A stretch of 63,548 nucleotides of DNA, the filler included, from Sphacelaria rigidula (taxonomy: Eukaryota), in assembly GCA_964200075.2 (NCBI GenBank). It is 11 parts of 11 records of this genome, joined end to end, with 100 filler letters (N's around TTAATTAATTAA, not from the genome) between each part and the next. Parts side by side here need not be neighbours in the genome. Positions count along the whole stretch, not along the records: positions 34,719 to 40,404 come from CAXNAA020025256.1; positions 40,505 to 46,190 come from CAXNAA020025257.1; positions 46,291 to 51,976 come from CAXNAA020025258.1; 8 more parts are not named here. The stretch is one strand, 5' to 3'. The translations under genes were made by a program, and so were the position numbers. Positions 36,393 to 49,195 of the stretch are shown in pieces (positions within the stretch are counted from its first letter, which is position 1; each line of letters starts with the position of its first letter). The notes under the pieces are model-generated. The model saw only the letters and a list, made by a program, of their open reading frames with translations, was not told where the DNA came from and made no database searches.

Positions 36393-38017
36393 TGTCGCTC
36401 GAGTCTAACTTTATTTTGTGGTCGTCAGGCCGGGTATCGTCCTAGGTAGGAAAGGAGAATGGGGATAGCCGCGGTGGCATGGCGTGCGTGGATTGGCCGA
36501 AATAATCCGGGGGTAGAGAGGCAGAGCACCGGTTTTTTGCAAACACTGGCTATTTGATCATCAAACACGCATCTTCGATTGAACGAAGGTGAGCATGGGG
36601 CAGACGGGGGGGGGGCAAGGGGTGGGATACGATTGACTCGCACATGGCCAGGTTTTGGATGTAAACGGCGGGTAGTACATTTGTATGTGTAAACTGAGGT
36701 CAAAGTACGGTGGCGGAAATTTCTGCACTTGGGCTGACTCTCACAAGCATGGTGCAGGCGTTTTGGGCAACTCAAGTCTAAGTAATGTCTTGACGCGTCG
36801 ATTGATTTATTGATTGTCGCACTTCAACTTATAATCATCTTCTAGAAATCCATGCGTGGTCACAACATGAACGTCCTTCAAGATAAACGAGAACGGAAAT
36901 TGCCTTGTCCTCTATCTGATCTTCCGTGCAAGTTACTCTTCATTTTCCTCGGTCCATTTTTCGACGTACTCGCCTATTAATCTCAAGAGGAGGTTCAACG
37001 CGTTGCGTACTGACCTCGTGACTTGACTCCATCCCATAGTGCAGTGTAAGTCCTTGACTAATCTGCATCTGACCAGTCAACCAACCGCTGCCCAAAACCT
37101 GAAGTCAACGATGTTGAGTACCTATCGTTACCTCACCAGCACGTCCACGGTTGAAAACAGACGTATAAGCGGCATAATGACACCATTGATATACCCACCT
37201 CCAGCTCAGGCTTGTACTCATCGGCAGAGTCATCATCTGAAGATCCTCCTGCGGCGGCTTCATCCCCCAACCTAGCGATTGCCCGCAACCTGAGGTGATC
37301 ATCCGAAAGCATGTCGATCACAGAGGGACGGGACGCGGGGACGAGGGGTCATTCGCCATCGTTAACTGCTAACATGGCGATGTTTCGGCAACTCTTCACT
37401 GCACAGGATGGACACCACCCCGCCCGCATGAGCTTTTCCAACAAACAAGAACCGTGTGCATGAGACCTAGGGATGAGTGCACAATCCGCCCAGAGCAACC
37501 TAGATAAACCGGAGACGTACATCGTTCTGTCACCCACCTGGACCCGAGGGGACGCGCTTTTCGCTTGCTCCCCCTGCCCACTCGAGCCTCTCCGTCACTA
37601 CCATCACTGCTGCTGCTTTCGTCGTGATGCCCGTCGATCATATCCTCGTCCTCTTCCGAGTCGGTCAAGTACACTGGAGGCTGTGTCTTCTTGTGCGGTG
37701 ATGGGCCCTATCCAACATTCGACAGCACAGTATTTAAAGTAAAAAAAAAAAAAAAGACGACACAAAATGCACCACGTCAGCTACAGCAAGCATCCAGACA
37801 AAAGCAAAGAGAAACAGAACTGGCAAAGCTCACTTTGCCGCACCCATCGTGGTTCCGAACCACATTGACAGTTATCGACAGCTATCGAAGCAAACCTCCG
37901 CACTATTATGGGCAAATAAGTACAGGAAAACACGAGCGTACTTTCAGGGTACAAGAGCGCCGCCGATTACACGAGACGAGGACTGAATGATCTTACATGG
38001 GCTTTGTCCAACCAGTG

Positions 38018-39033
38018 CTATTTCGTCAGCCAGTGCATGTTAGACCATCGTCGTGCCAAACTACCATATTCGACATCACAGCTCTTCGGATATGCATTCC
38101 ACCGATTGGTTTCTCGGAATTGCGGCTTGACCTTCCGTCGAATCGCCTCTTCCGCAGCGCCGAGAGCTCCCTCTCCAACGGCCAGCAGCGCAGAAACACC
38201 GCGGCCGCCCCTGTTGCGGTCAACGGTATCACCACCACCGTGCCCACTTGCCTCATCGCCGGAGCCAGAAGCAGATTCGCTACCCCCGCAGTCGCCGCCG
38301 CCGCGTGGTGATGGCGTACAAGAAGACGATAAACCAGGTCTCTTAAGTACCAACTTCAGACCGCCCCCAGAGTTGCTGCCGCCGCCACCTGCCGTAGATT
38401 TCCCATTTTCCGCAATCGACGATGATGGTGCTTTCAAGGAAATCTTCAGCTTGGGGATCGAGTATGAAGCTGCCGCCGCGGAGGGGCTAGCTAGCGTGCC
38501 ATTGGTCTTCATGTCCATTGCGACGGCGGCGGCGGGAGCAGCAACAGCCCGAACACTGCCGCGACTACTCGAGGTACTGCTGTCGCTGCTGCCACCGCTC
38601 GGGATATTTTTTACATTCGAGACATCACTTTCGTCACCCGCCGCCGCTGCGACACCGCCCTCTCCCCCACCTGTACCCCCCTCCTTCAGGACTGTTGCTG
38701 GTGATGGTAAGGTAGCATCGGCGGCATCGACTGCGTTGGCAGCTGCGCGGTCCAAAGACGATGGCTTGCCGGTACATGCTAAATCCCTCACAGAACTCGC
38801 CACGGTGTCGGGAGGAAGCTCAAATGTCGAGCTTCGAACGCTGGCTGATCCTAGCTGGCTGTTGAGCAGCAATGGCAGTGCGGACGTTTCTGTACCCGGG
38901 GCAACGCATTCATCGCCCATGGTGCTTGTTCCTTCGGCTGCACCGCAGTCCTGCTGTCCGAGCGTTTCATTGTGCAAGGGGGGGGCGACCGGGACGATGG
39001 TGTGAATCCAGGGTGACGCCACGGTGTAACAAC
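38018..39033 (-). CDS. Large exon of a Gly/Ser/Ala-rich protein of unknown function (possibly nuclear/chromatin)
   Basis: 334-aa open frame after a CAG acceptor, with PKLKISLK and GLKLVLKR motifs. Neighbouring minus-strand exon-like segments lie at ~37200-37680, 39270-39490 and 40070-40254. An in-frame TAG sits shortly before a GTAAG donor. Confidence 0.5.
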
Positions 39034-39888
39034 CTGCTGGATCTTTTTCTCACATCCGTAAGAGAGTTGAGTGTACTGCCGTGCAGCGCACGTGATTTCA
39101 CGCCCCCCACAACCGCAGACTGTTGTAGCAGAGGCGAAAGCAACGGCGCACTCTTGCCGCTCTCGCCAATCACAAGTCAACCATCGTGCATAAGTCGTAC
39201 CCAATAAGGAGCAGCACAGCACCGTACAGCATAGCACACCGCGCAACACAGCACAATGACGAAATCGATGCTTACACACCGCTTCTGCTTGCATCGCCGA
39301 CATCCGGGCTGAAAGCTCCTGCAGCATGACTTCCACGGTCGGACACCCGGCCGCCGCGGCCGCTAGTTCCCACTCCGCCATTACTCCGTCTTCTCCGCCC
39401 CCTCCGTTACCCCCTACGCCGCCCGCTTTCCCCGCCCCTGCGGCCAGCCACGTTCGACATGCCTGCCCAATTTGATGTTTCGCGGCACACACTAAACAGT
39501 GGTTTTACTCCAAGACAGGTGCAATTGCGATACAATCGGAGTCGATGGCGGGCAGTAGGTATGCTTGCAGTCCGATACACGTGTTGCTGACTGACAGGAA
39601 CTGAGCTATGTCACTTGTGCCCAGGATATTGGATACTGCTTCGGCACCAACACACCAGACCGTCCAGTCGCTCAGATCGGCAGCCGGAGGAAAGAAGGTG
39701 CCAGAGGCAGCAGGCAGGATGCATGTAGACCAAACAACAGCTCAACACATATACCAATCTCCATACGACAAGCGAGCCATCGGGGAGGTGTTCTTAGACC
39801 GCAACTCCTCAGCCCGAACAGTGGCAATGGTAGGGCAACCGTGCGGTAGCTAACGGCGTAGGAAATCGCCCTCCAGCCGTAATCAAAC

Positions 39889-40052
39889 CACACCTTGGAC
39901 AATATATGGTCAATAATTACAATGGACAAGAAACGTACTGCATAAAGTACAGGCCTATTACGACTATTGTCGGCCGGTAATAGTTGCAATAGGCCCACGC
40001 TTAATGCAGTACACTTCTCGGCATCTGTTGACCATATATTGTCCAGGGTGTG
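39889..40052. mobile_element. 164-bp MITE with perfect 8-bp TSD (hAT-like)
   Basis: AATCAAAC|CACACCTTGGACAATATATGGTCAA ... TTGACCATATATTGTCCAGGGTGTG|AATCAAAC. Confidence 0.9.
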
Positions 40053-40308
40053 AATCAAACTTACCGTAGAAGGTGCCTTGTCTCAACTCTGGTATCGATC
40101 GCCATTGGCACTTACAAAAAGCAAAAAATATTGAAGAGATTCGACCAAATAGAACCTGAATGGCCTTGCTCTTTATTTCATTGCGGAATCCATGTCTGAG
40201 GTATCGGTATCCGCAATTCTCGCACATCAGGTCTGCTTCCGCATGACAAGCGACCTGGGCAAAGTTAGAATGCATTCGACCCTGTAGTCAGATGAACTTC
40301 CGCAGTGA

Positions 40309-40385
40309 GGGGGGGGGGGGCGTACTCATTTGTTGCTTGCCTTAGTCATTTGGCCATTGGCCACGCCTCCCTTTCGAGACGGAGC
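40309..40385 (-). mobile_element. Family B poly(C)-tailed element
   Basis: Reverse complement of family B with A-G(n) on both sides. It lies upstream of a candidate minus-strand acceptor at 40255-40257. Confidence 0.82.
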
Positions 40386-40404
40386 AAGGGGGGGGGGGGG
40401 GGGG

Positions 40405-40504
40405 NNNNNNNNNNNNNNNNNNNNNNNNNNNNNNNNNNNNNNNNNNNNTTAATTAATTAANNNNNNNNNNNNNNNNNNNNNNNNNNNNNNNNNNNNNNNN
40501 NNNN
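40405..40504. other. Artificial contig linker
   Basis: 44 N + TTAATTAATTAA + 44 N. Confidence 0.98.
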
Positions 40505-40577
40505 GCTCCGTCTCGAAAGGGATGCGTGGTCAATAGTCAAATGACTAAGGCAAGCAACAAATGAGTACGCCCCCCCC
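40505..40577 (+). mobile_element. Family B poly(C)-tailed element
   Basis: GCTCCGTCTCGAAAGGGATGCGTGGTCAATAGTCAAATGACTAAGGCAAGCAACAAATGAGTACG-C8. Confidence 0.85.
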
Positions 40578-42206
40578 TCCGAGCAGTGGAAACCCCCGGA
40601 TGTCTTAGGATTGTCAGCCTGTAAAACTGTTCTGAGGCGACGCTCGCTGTCTAAGCGTTAACCCTTCTGGAACGGTTGATAAAAAAGTGTCGATTCACAA
40701 ACTCCCATGTGCGAGCTTTCGTCACCGGGAAAACGTCACTTCGAGTTCGGTGCATGAAACCAATCACATTAGCATACTTGAACTGAGAGCGGTGCACCGT
40801 TTTGGTGGGCTGCATCTTCAACACTTCCATAGAAACAACCATATCTTGCCCAAGAAAACGTCAGTTGTAAATCGTCTCTATTCCATCAACAGTTCCACAA
40901 AGGTTGAACTGAAGCTGGCGACGAGGGCGCCAGTTTATCCAGTTTAGTTGAGGTTTGCCGTTACCGTCTATTTTATACCGATTTTAGTATGGTGAGTTGA
41001 TAACAAAGATGCTTATTGGACCATTATATTATATACAAAATGACTACAATTGAGGCCTGCACTTTACAACAGTTGCCGAGGAATATGTGGTATCAATTGA
41101 GACGGAGGGCGCTTCGCAGGCGTCGGCGGAAATTGTTTGCGTCAATAGGGCGTGACGCAGTGGTGCACTTTCTCACTAGCTGACTACTCCAGGTGTTTCC
41201 TGCTCTCTTTTTCCCGTCTGCTTCGTTGGTACCTTGTGGTTCTGCAGTTTTCCATCTTTTCGGCCGTAGCGTGCAGGTCGACGGATGGTCCGTCGAATGA
41301 GGAAAATAAATAGAGAAAAAGGGATTGTGGCTCACATGTAGCGGGACGCTTGATGCGGGACTGCCAAACGCCAAACCCCAATTGCTAATTAGCACATGCT
41401 CACTACACACCTCGAAGTAATATATATATATATATATTACTGAATGCCAAGCCTCTTCGTTTCATTGCACAACATCCGGAAACCAAAACCAAACGGTAAC
41501 CCGCGACCACAAAGTATAAAATACACCATGGCTTGCTAGTCAAGCACACACGGGTTTGTCGGCCCGGATGTGAATATTTTTGCGCTCTCATCCCCATGTC
41601 CTGCCAGCCCTGACTTCTTTGTTCCCATCCTCCGCTCATCACGGAGAGTCCCTTCTTCTGCGTGGTACACATGAATGATATTCCAATCGCTCACCACTTT
41701 CGATGGGATTTTAGTGTCATCTTCGTAGCCTCTTAGCTCTTCAATGTGAGGAGTCACACTTTTTTCAACTACCCACATTTTAGGAGGAAATCCAAGCCAA
41801 ATACCGCAATTTTTATTGCCTCCGGCACCGCCCCCGCGAGGCCCCCTCACCAGCCGGGGGGGGGCGTTGGGGCTCGTGGCTTAGCCTCTCGTCGCCGATG
41901 TTTTTCCAGTTAATAGCCGACTAACTGAAAATACATCAATGTACTGGCCGCGCTAGCGGCCAGTTCAAACTCAGTGCCCAGAGCTACCAGTTGGCAGCCC
42001 TAGATCCTACAGACGCAGCGTCGTGGAAGACAGATGCCCACCGTAAGACTGAAGGTCTTCGTACCCCTGCGCGATAGTTTTTTTGGACATGTAATTCTTG
42101 ATCTTTTTCGCATCCCCGTGCGATGAATCAATCCGATGTGTGCGATGACCCCGATACATGTCCGGAAATCGAATACCTCGTAGAATCATCTTGTTCTGCT
42201 ATTTAA

Positions 42207-42304
42207 TCCTTCGGCCGCGAGGGCAGTCCATGTGGACCATGCATACTTTTTTCAAGTGAAATTGGTGCCGATTCAACACATGGCCTACTCTTGCTGTCTG
42301 AGGG
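42207..42304. mobile_element. piggyBac-like MITE copy
   Basis: TTAA flanks at 42203-42206 and 42305-42308. Reverse-complement match to 21539-21636. Confidence 0.8.
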
Positions 42305-42448
42305 TTAACGTTTACCCCTTTGCGACAGGTCCGATATATATTATATAAAATTGGTGCAGCCAGTCGTGACCAGCAGGGTAGAAGGTGAGTTTGGTCGCGT
42401 GCCACGACAGAACAACGTGGTTGCTTGCTGGAAATGCATCCATTTCAA

Positions 42449-42700
42449 TGTTCGGATGAGAAATGATCAGTCTGGAAATGACTCATGTTTAGTGCAATTG
42501 ATCCGTCCCGTACGAACCAACCCTTAGGCTTTGTTGTCGGCGTTGCACCCCACGTACGCGCACCCCAGGCACGTGAGATAGTGCGCATTTTGTGTTGACA
42601 CCTTTTCGATCCGCGGCCAGCTTGCTTTCTGTCTTTCGAGCGATCAGGCCTCACAAATCGTACATTTGGCGATTCGAACCAGCGATGATTTGTCCGACCC
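42449..42700. mobile_element. ~250-bp MITE (GTCGGACAAATCA-type ends)
   Basis: Ends in TGATTTGTCCGACCC. The body matches 26385-26637 and the reverse complement of 44779-45034. Confidence 0.65.
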
Positions 42701-43417
42701 TTGGCTCAGTTGTCTTCCAGTTTGGTCCTCGGTTGCTGCTATGTTTCGGTTTCTTGTTTTTATGTTCCGTCACAAGTATTCTGTATCAGTGGACTAGATG
42801 TAGATCGCGGTACGTGTGATTTTTATCTGTGCTTAGTTGAGCGGATATCGCTTACCGATCCAAAAAAAATATCTTCCTCATCTCTACGTGTGGACCGCCA
42901 CGGTGCCATAAATACAGCAATGGAGCTCGCGGTGAAAAACCGCGATGCATCAGCATTGCGACCGTTGCGGCGCAATAAGTGCGCCGGAACCACCCGCGGT
43001 AGTATTCAACCTCGCGCTTGAAGTTGAGAGTTTTCCGGGGTCATCGCACCACTGTGCAATGACCCCGATACCTGTGCGAAAATCGAACTAAATCTTTTGG
43101 TTTTTGCTTTTTTTAATGCACCCTTGTGCCACGGCCCTGATATGTGCGCAGACCCGCAGTCTTACGGTACTCGTCAATCTCGGCCTCAGAGCAGACTCTT
43201 TGAACCCGACAACTGACTCAAAGCTACGAACTGTAGACCGCCCTGGGCATGCATCGGCTGTTTGAAACGGGCAGTAGAAACCCTGTTGCGCGTACATCAT
43301 AAGCCCTTATATGGTCAGCATGTGCCCTACGGCAGGGCACAGTACAATTGATGCAAGCCTGATGCACGGTGCGGGAGTGCATTGCCAATGAAGGGAAGAA
43401 AAAAAAATCGAGTGTAA

Positions 43418-43795
43418 GGCCGCTCCTTATTGCGGATAACAATACATTTCTGGAAAAGTGTTGGAGCTTCTACGTCGTTTTACGCCGTAAGAGAGTGCTA
43501 GGCGGGTTTTGACACCTTGAAATGCCTTGCTGTACTCGTCGAAACGGTTCGAGCACGCCGTTGCGTTTTCCCTGTGGCTGCAGTCTTTTTCTTGCCCAAA
43601 CTTCCATTTTCCCGGAGACCAAAACTGCATCCACCGGAGAAGCGTACAGCAGTGGTGGAACCGTCTCAACGAGTAAAGCAAGGCATTTCAAGGTGTCAAA
43701 ATCCGCCTAGCACTCTTTTAGAGCGTAAAACGACGCAGAAGCTCCAAAAAGGCACTTTTCCAGAATTTTATCATTGGCTGCCATAAGGAACGGCC
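43418..43795. mobile_element. PIF/Harbinger (Tourist-like) foldback MITE
   Basis: TAA|GGCCGCTCCTTAT ... ATAAGGAACGGCC|CAA. The arms are inverted over ~130 bp. Confidence 0.85.
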
Positions 43796-44778
43796 CAAGT
43801 AGGCAAAGTTTTTTTTTTTTCAGCCAGGACGGCTACCGGACCCCAATTATTCGGTGCAACAGCAACCGCAGCATGCCGTATCACAGCGGAGAAACACAGA
43901 ATATACGAATCTACTGCATAGCGTGTCTGTAGTAAAACTAAACGTGTTACAATCATCGTTGTTGCATGGAGAAGTCAACCTGCCCCCACCCGCCCTGTAC
44001 GCAACAAATCTCACGCGTGGTGGCAAAATAAAGGCGCATCCATCACACGGGCGCACCGGCGGTCAAGGCCTGGAAGCGCCTTCAAAGGGCTAATGTTGTG
44101 TTGAAAAGTGTGTTCGCCCAGATTTGCGGTTGCGAACCGTTCGAAATCGACCTTGCATTCTTCCTGATGAATATGAGGTACATACGCTCATACCCTGTAC
44201 ATCCGTTGCATCTTACATGTATGACCAGAATTGCACAAAACCGAATGGCCACATGTCGGTAAGAAATATTTTGATTTTAGTATAAAGGTGGTGCTCGCCG
44301 CCAGTGTCTCCTGAGGTCTCCTCCCCGACGGCCGCTGAAGGTAGCGGCTGCACATGATTGCATGTGAGCATACATTGGTTCACATATTGCATAACGGAAG
44401 CAACAAGGAGTATACCAGCGGGCGGAAGAGTCAGCAAGCGTGCAGGGACCGGCTTACACAATAATGCTTTCGTCTAGCGCACCCCCTACCCCTAGCAGCC
44501 GTCGATGGCAGCGTGCGCAATAGGCGGCGTGACGATCATCTTCTCAAGCGATTGCCAGTTGCTGCCCTCGGCGCACACGGGATCCCCTCTGTCACTCTCC
44601 GGCCGTAGTCGGTGTTTGCAGATATGTGTGAGCCAAGCACGCGGTGGATCCCTTGGTGAACATGCATACCTTTCGTCGAGAAGCGTGCTTCGGGGACTCA
44701 CCCACGCCATCCGGGCCCCTTTGGCCGCAGCATGTGACAGTAGCGATAGGAACTGTGGGCACTGACGCAGTGTTTCAC

Positions 44779-45034
44779 GGTTAGGACAAATCATCACGGG
44801 TTCGAATCACGAATCCCACGATTTCTTCGGCCTGATTTCCCAAAAGGGAGAAAAAAGTTGACCGCTGGTCCAAGGGGTATGTACTCACGCAACTTTTGAG
44901 TCATTCCACGTGCTTGGGCTGCGTGTACCTGGGTTGCAACGTTGAAAACAAAGCCTAGGGATTGATTCATACGATTCGAATCAATTAAACTAAAACCAAG
45001 TAATTTTCAGACGAATCATTGATTTGTCCGACCC
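44779..45034. mobile_element. ~250-bp MITE
   Basis: GGTTAGGACAAATCA ... TGATTTGTCCGACC. Same family as 26385-26637. Confidence 0.7.
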
Positions 45035-46190
45035 TTGCAGTGTTTAGCGTGGACCACGTTATCTTAACCGAACAAACCCATTCATAAATCATGTTAACGT
45101 CTTGTTTTCTTGCCCAGTCCCCAACCCGGGAAGAGATGCTCGCCTGGACTGATCTCAAAACCCATTCGACCCATTTGGAACGGCAACCCTGATGTAAAAT
45201 CGCTCGCTAGAGACCTCACATCGTGCGCGCCAACTTGTACCAATACGTTCCTACGCCCGAGACGCTAACGAGAGTCGGAGCTGTTTTCTGGGCACTTTGT
45301 CGAAGATTTTGCGAAAAATGTTCCATGCACAACTTTTAGGTCGCATTCTGGCCCCCTCTCGGAACTGCCCCGCGGAACCGAAAACGGGCGTGGTCTCCGA
45401 GAAGCTTTATGCAGACGTAGAGCACCTAGTACCTTTCTCAAACTGGCAGCAGTTGCCGAATAGTTGTACATCGAGACGTTGGCGGCCTCGCTCAGCTCGT
45501 GTCAAGAGTTGTATTGGGTCCATTACTGGAGTGTAGTTTGCTGTTCCAGAACTAAACACAGACGCGATGTGAGAGTCAGGCGATATAATCTGGCCTTTTA
45601 AAAAAAGATATATATATATATACCAGGTGTGCACAGCAATCTGAGCGCATGCATTACAACAGCAATCGATGCGACTAGCACTGTGCCGTACGGATGTTTA
45701 CTAAAGCACCCCCTGGACAACAGACTGGTCCGGCGAGAACCCGGCGTGCTCCGTCCCGGCTTTGAAGGGGCGGACCCCCGATGAGGTTGGCGTCGGTTGG
45801 CGATGACGCCATAAAACACGCCATTCACTACGTGAGCTAGGCAACCAGGGTACCGATTTGCTGTGCGCGCTTGCGTTTTTTTCCCGGTAACCATGATGCT
45901 AGACGAGATAGATCATGTTGTGCGCGGTGGGAGAACCTCAACTCCGCACAATGAGGACGATCGTACTACGTGGTGTTAAATGGTGAGACATCCATGATTG
46001 ATTCATTGATTGATTATCGCACTTTAACTGACCACCCATGGGTCCAGTCGAGGTCGCATGATAGACGAGGCAGTGCATAAGACGTGACTGTCTCTGGAAG
46101 TGGTGATACCAGAAAATAAAGCAACTCATTGTAGGTTGTCATTCAAACGCGAGTTAATAAGTAGGCTTCGGGCCGAACAATCTTAGCAGG

Positions 46191-46290
46191 NNNNNNNNNN
46201 NNNNNNNNNNNNNNNNNNNNNNNNNNNNNNNNNNTTAATTAATTAANNNNNNNNNNNNNNNNNNNNNNNNNNNNNNNNNNNNNNNNNNNN
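46191..46290. other. Artificial contig linker
   Basis: 44 N + TTAATTAATTAA + 44 N. Confidence 0.98.
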
Positions 46291-46357
46291 TAGGGATGCG
46301 AGGTCAATGGTCTTATGACTATGACATGCATGATCATGAGTAGACCCCCCCCCCCCC
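46291..46357 (+). repeat. Poly(C)-tailed repeat, family A
   Basis: Matches 1-67. Confidence 0.85.
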
Positions 46358-46695
46358 AAAAGGGGGGTTTCTGTGCATCTCGAAGGGTAAGCAACATGTT
46401 CCGTTGACCGGGGCACATGCAAAGACTCACCAGACAACCCAACACACTCAGAGCTGAACCTAAGGAACTTGGTGGTCCCGCAAACCAAAAACACACAGCT
46501 CGAGCCGTAGCTGCTCATCAGCTGTGCACGTTGTGCGTGACCTTGCTCAAATCTGTTTAGGATTCATCGAGAAATGATGATTAGTGTGAGACGCGCGCAC
46601 AGCACACGCTTGCAAAACGGTCAGCAATGACACATTCTCGGTTGTTTTTGACACGCACGCAGCCGCCGTTCATCCAATACAGAGCGGATTTCCGT

Positions 46696-47402
46696 CCAAC
46701 AAAGACTGCCGTGTGTAGACTAGCAAGGTCTAGCATTGGAACTAATGCGCGGGAGTGGTGGGTGTCTGTGCGTGTTTTTTCGGGGCTGGGTGTGTAGGTG
46801 CTGTGTTGCCTTGTTGCGTCTTGTCTGCAGCATTACACAGATCTTGTGCGAACGATCACTTCGAGATCCGCCGCATTTCTGAACCTGCGTGCAGATCTGG
46901 GGCCCAACCTGTACAAAACTGCTTGTCGATAGGACTCAGGGCTGGTCGTTGTGGGGCCAATCCCCTGGCAAAATGAGATTGCGAAAAGAGGGATAATCCT
47001 CTTCGTTGACCGTTAGATCGCGAGGGTAGTCTTATAGGATCACGCATACTCTTTTCAAGTTAGATTGATGCCGATTCAACAGATGAAGTACTCTCGCTGT
47101 CCAAGGGTTAAGAAGGGCCCTTACGTTTGGAAAAGAGATTACCCTCACAACGACCAGTTTGTGGTATATCGAGAAGCGCCTCTTCTACCGATAGAAGCCG
47201 GCATTTGCTCACAGCTTTAGAAATGCGGCGTTCTGGGAGTGGTCGTTCGTGACATCTCCGTACTGCTACAGACTGGATGCAACAAGGCAACACAACGCCT
47301 ACACACGGAGCTCCCATAAATCACGCACGGACATCCACCAGTGACACGAACTTGCTTCTAGCGCTAGCTTTTGCTCATCTACACACAGCGTGTTTGTTTG
47401 GT
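46696..47402. mobile_element. Old foldback element (~280-bp diverged arms) with a piggyBac-like MITE at its centre (47010-47107)
   Basis: GTGTGTAGA, GTGTGTAGG..TGTGTTGCCTTGTTGC, CGCCGCATTTCT and CTGGTCGTTGTG on the left are all mirrored on the right. The central element has TTGA/TTAA flanks. Confidence 0.78.
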
Positions 47403-49195
47403 GTATGGCCCATGATTATCGGCATTGTTTTTCCGGAGACCTCTGGGAAGGTTTGGGGTTTTTAGACCCAGCGTTCAACATTCTCCAAAAATAAAGCGGC
47501 CCGATATATTCCTACGAAGCTTCACGTTTGGAGACGTCTGAGCACTACGGACTGCAACGCGACACTTCGCAGAGCTTCCCTGTGCGCACGAAGTGGCGCT
47601 CTCACGCGTGCTAGAGTCATCGGGAGCCTTGCCAGTGACACCGTGGGTCATGTCGCAGGGTGAAAAACGCCGTGGGTTGGCGGTATCTAGTATTTCTAGA
47701 CGCCATGTGCAACCGCAGCAGTGGGTAAGCTTTCAGGGTCAAGTACGGTGGTCACCGTTCCCCAAAACACACACTTTCGAAGTGAAGAGAAGGAGCAATC
47801 CAGCAGAGACTTACTTGCGCGCTGTGTTGCCACAAGTGTACGCTACTGCACCGCCTGTAAAGACTGCAATCGGTGATGCGGTGTGTGTATCTACGCATGA
47901 AACTGAACGAAAGCGTGCATGCTGCAAACTTATCACTGAGCGTTCGAGTGGCCCCACCAATGGCAAAGATCCAAGAGGGCGAGAGATCTGAGGGGTTTCC
48001 GAACACGATGCAAACAACAATCCGCGCAGCTGCAGCTGCAGAGTACGGCATAATGATGCACGCAGTTGGCCGTGGAACAGACCGTGTGATCATCACGAAG
48101 AACGATCATACTATAATGAAGCAACGCGTCGAAGAGTCCTTCCATTCATCTTGTTGAGCATTTCTACGGTAAGTATTTTTGTGTGTTGCTGCTGCATTCC
48201 GGGAGGGTCGGTCGATCATACTCTTGCCTCTCCCACTCTTGCCCTTTTCTCAGAGGGGATTTGAACGCTATACACAGGCAGGTAGCATCATCCTGCCCTT
48301 CATTTAGGCACCGATGGCAAGCCAACGACGAGATCATCGCGACGGGTTATCTGATATCAACGGCGGGCTCGATAGTAGCGAGCCGTTTGGAGCTTCCCAA
48401 AATTCAGGACTCCTTCGAATACACATGTCTTCGATAATAATGGGACCCAGTCTACTCTGTATTGGAGGACAGGCGGCCATGAGCGTGGTGAATTACAATA
48501 CGAACAAAAACTCGCCGTTACTGAACGTTCATGTGCGCGTGCTGTGCGCGCTTCCCACACGAATTACCGTTTCTCATGAAACTCTCAACAGATTTGGGCA
48601 AGATCACGAAGAACCTCAGTGCTATTCTTTTTAAAAGATGTGAAGGCGGCAATTTTGAAGGTTCGTTCAGCGCCCAAACACAGCACACCTTACATCTCGT
48701 GATGTTGAACCTTTCACGTAAGTGCAGCTTAAAGCCGTATGACGGTTTCGGCGACCAAATGGGGTTGGTTTCGTGCGCTGCATGACCTGAAAGAATTAGC
48801 ATGTACGATCTTGAACTATTCCAGAAACATTTCAACTTCCTCTCTCCTGACAATTTCACAGGGAAACGATATCTGATCCCCGCGAAGGCAGCGACACATC
48901 TTGCCAGCATTGTTGTCTGCGTCGGCCGCTTATCGGTCAACGGTGGGAGCGACATTGGCAACCACCAGCCAGGCTTTGTCCTATTTTTGAGGCAGATGCT
49001 TTTGTGTTTTATATACTATCTCGCGCAAGACGGAGTGGTACAGCTAAGCCGAAGAGAAGCGTGATAAAAGACGAGGCAACTATGTGAAGATCTTGGAGGC
49101 GGAGGCAACGCCTCGGTACAGACAGTGCCAAATTTAGATTACCAGAGACCACGACGGCCTGATGAAGACAGGGCGATTGCTGTAGTCTTCTGATA

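Noticed and set aside
38004..39005. 333-aa plus-strand ORF
   Set aside because: Antisense shadow of the GC-rich minus-strand exon. Splice signals favour the minus strand.
40600..42190. LQADN and GHxTH-like transposase motifs on the minus strand
   Set aside because: They are in the wrong order, and the latter overlaps a non-coding repeat also present at ~43055-43090.
46490..46530. Hammerhead ribozyme-like CTGATGA + stem on the minus strand
   Set aside because: It has CACAG-CTGATGA-GCAGC-TACG-GCTC-GA-GCTGTG but lacks the GAAA core and the stem III/cleavage triplet. At best a decayed relic. An Infernal hammerhead search would decide.
47590..49190. Possible decayed transposase or viral gene (short ORFs, IHLVEHF, one apparent intron)
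   Set aside because: No consistent catalytic motif series could be read by eye. Needs a translated profile search.
49155..49195. CTGATGA followed by a stem
   Set aside because: No GAAA follows stem II.
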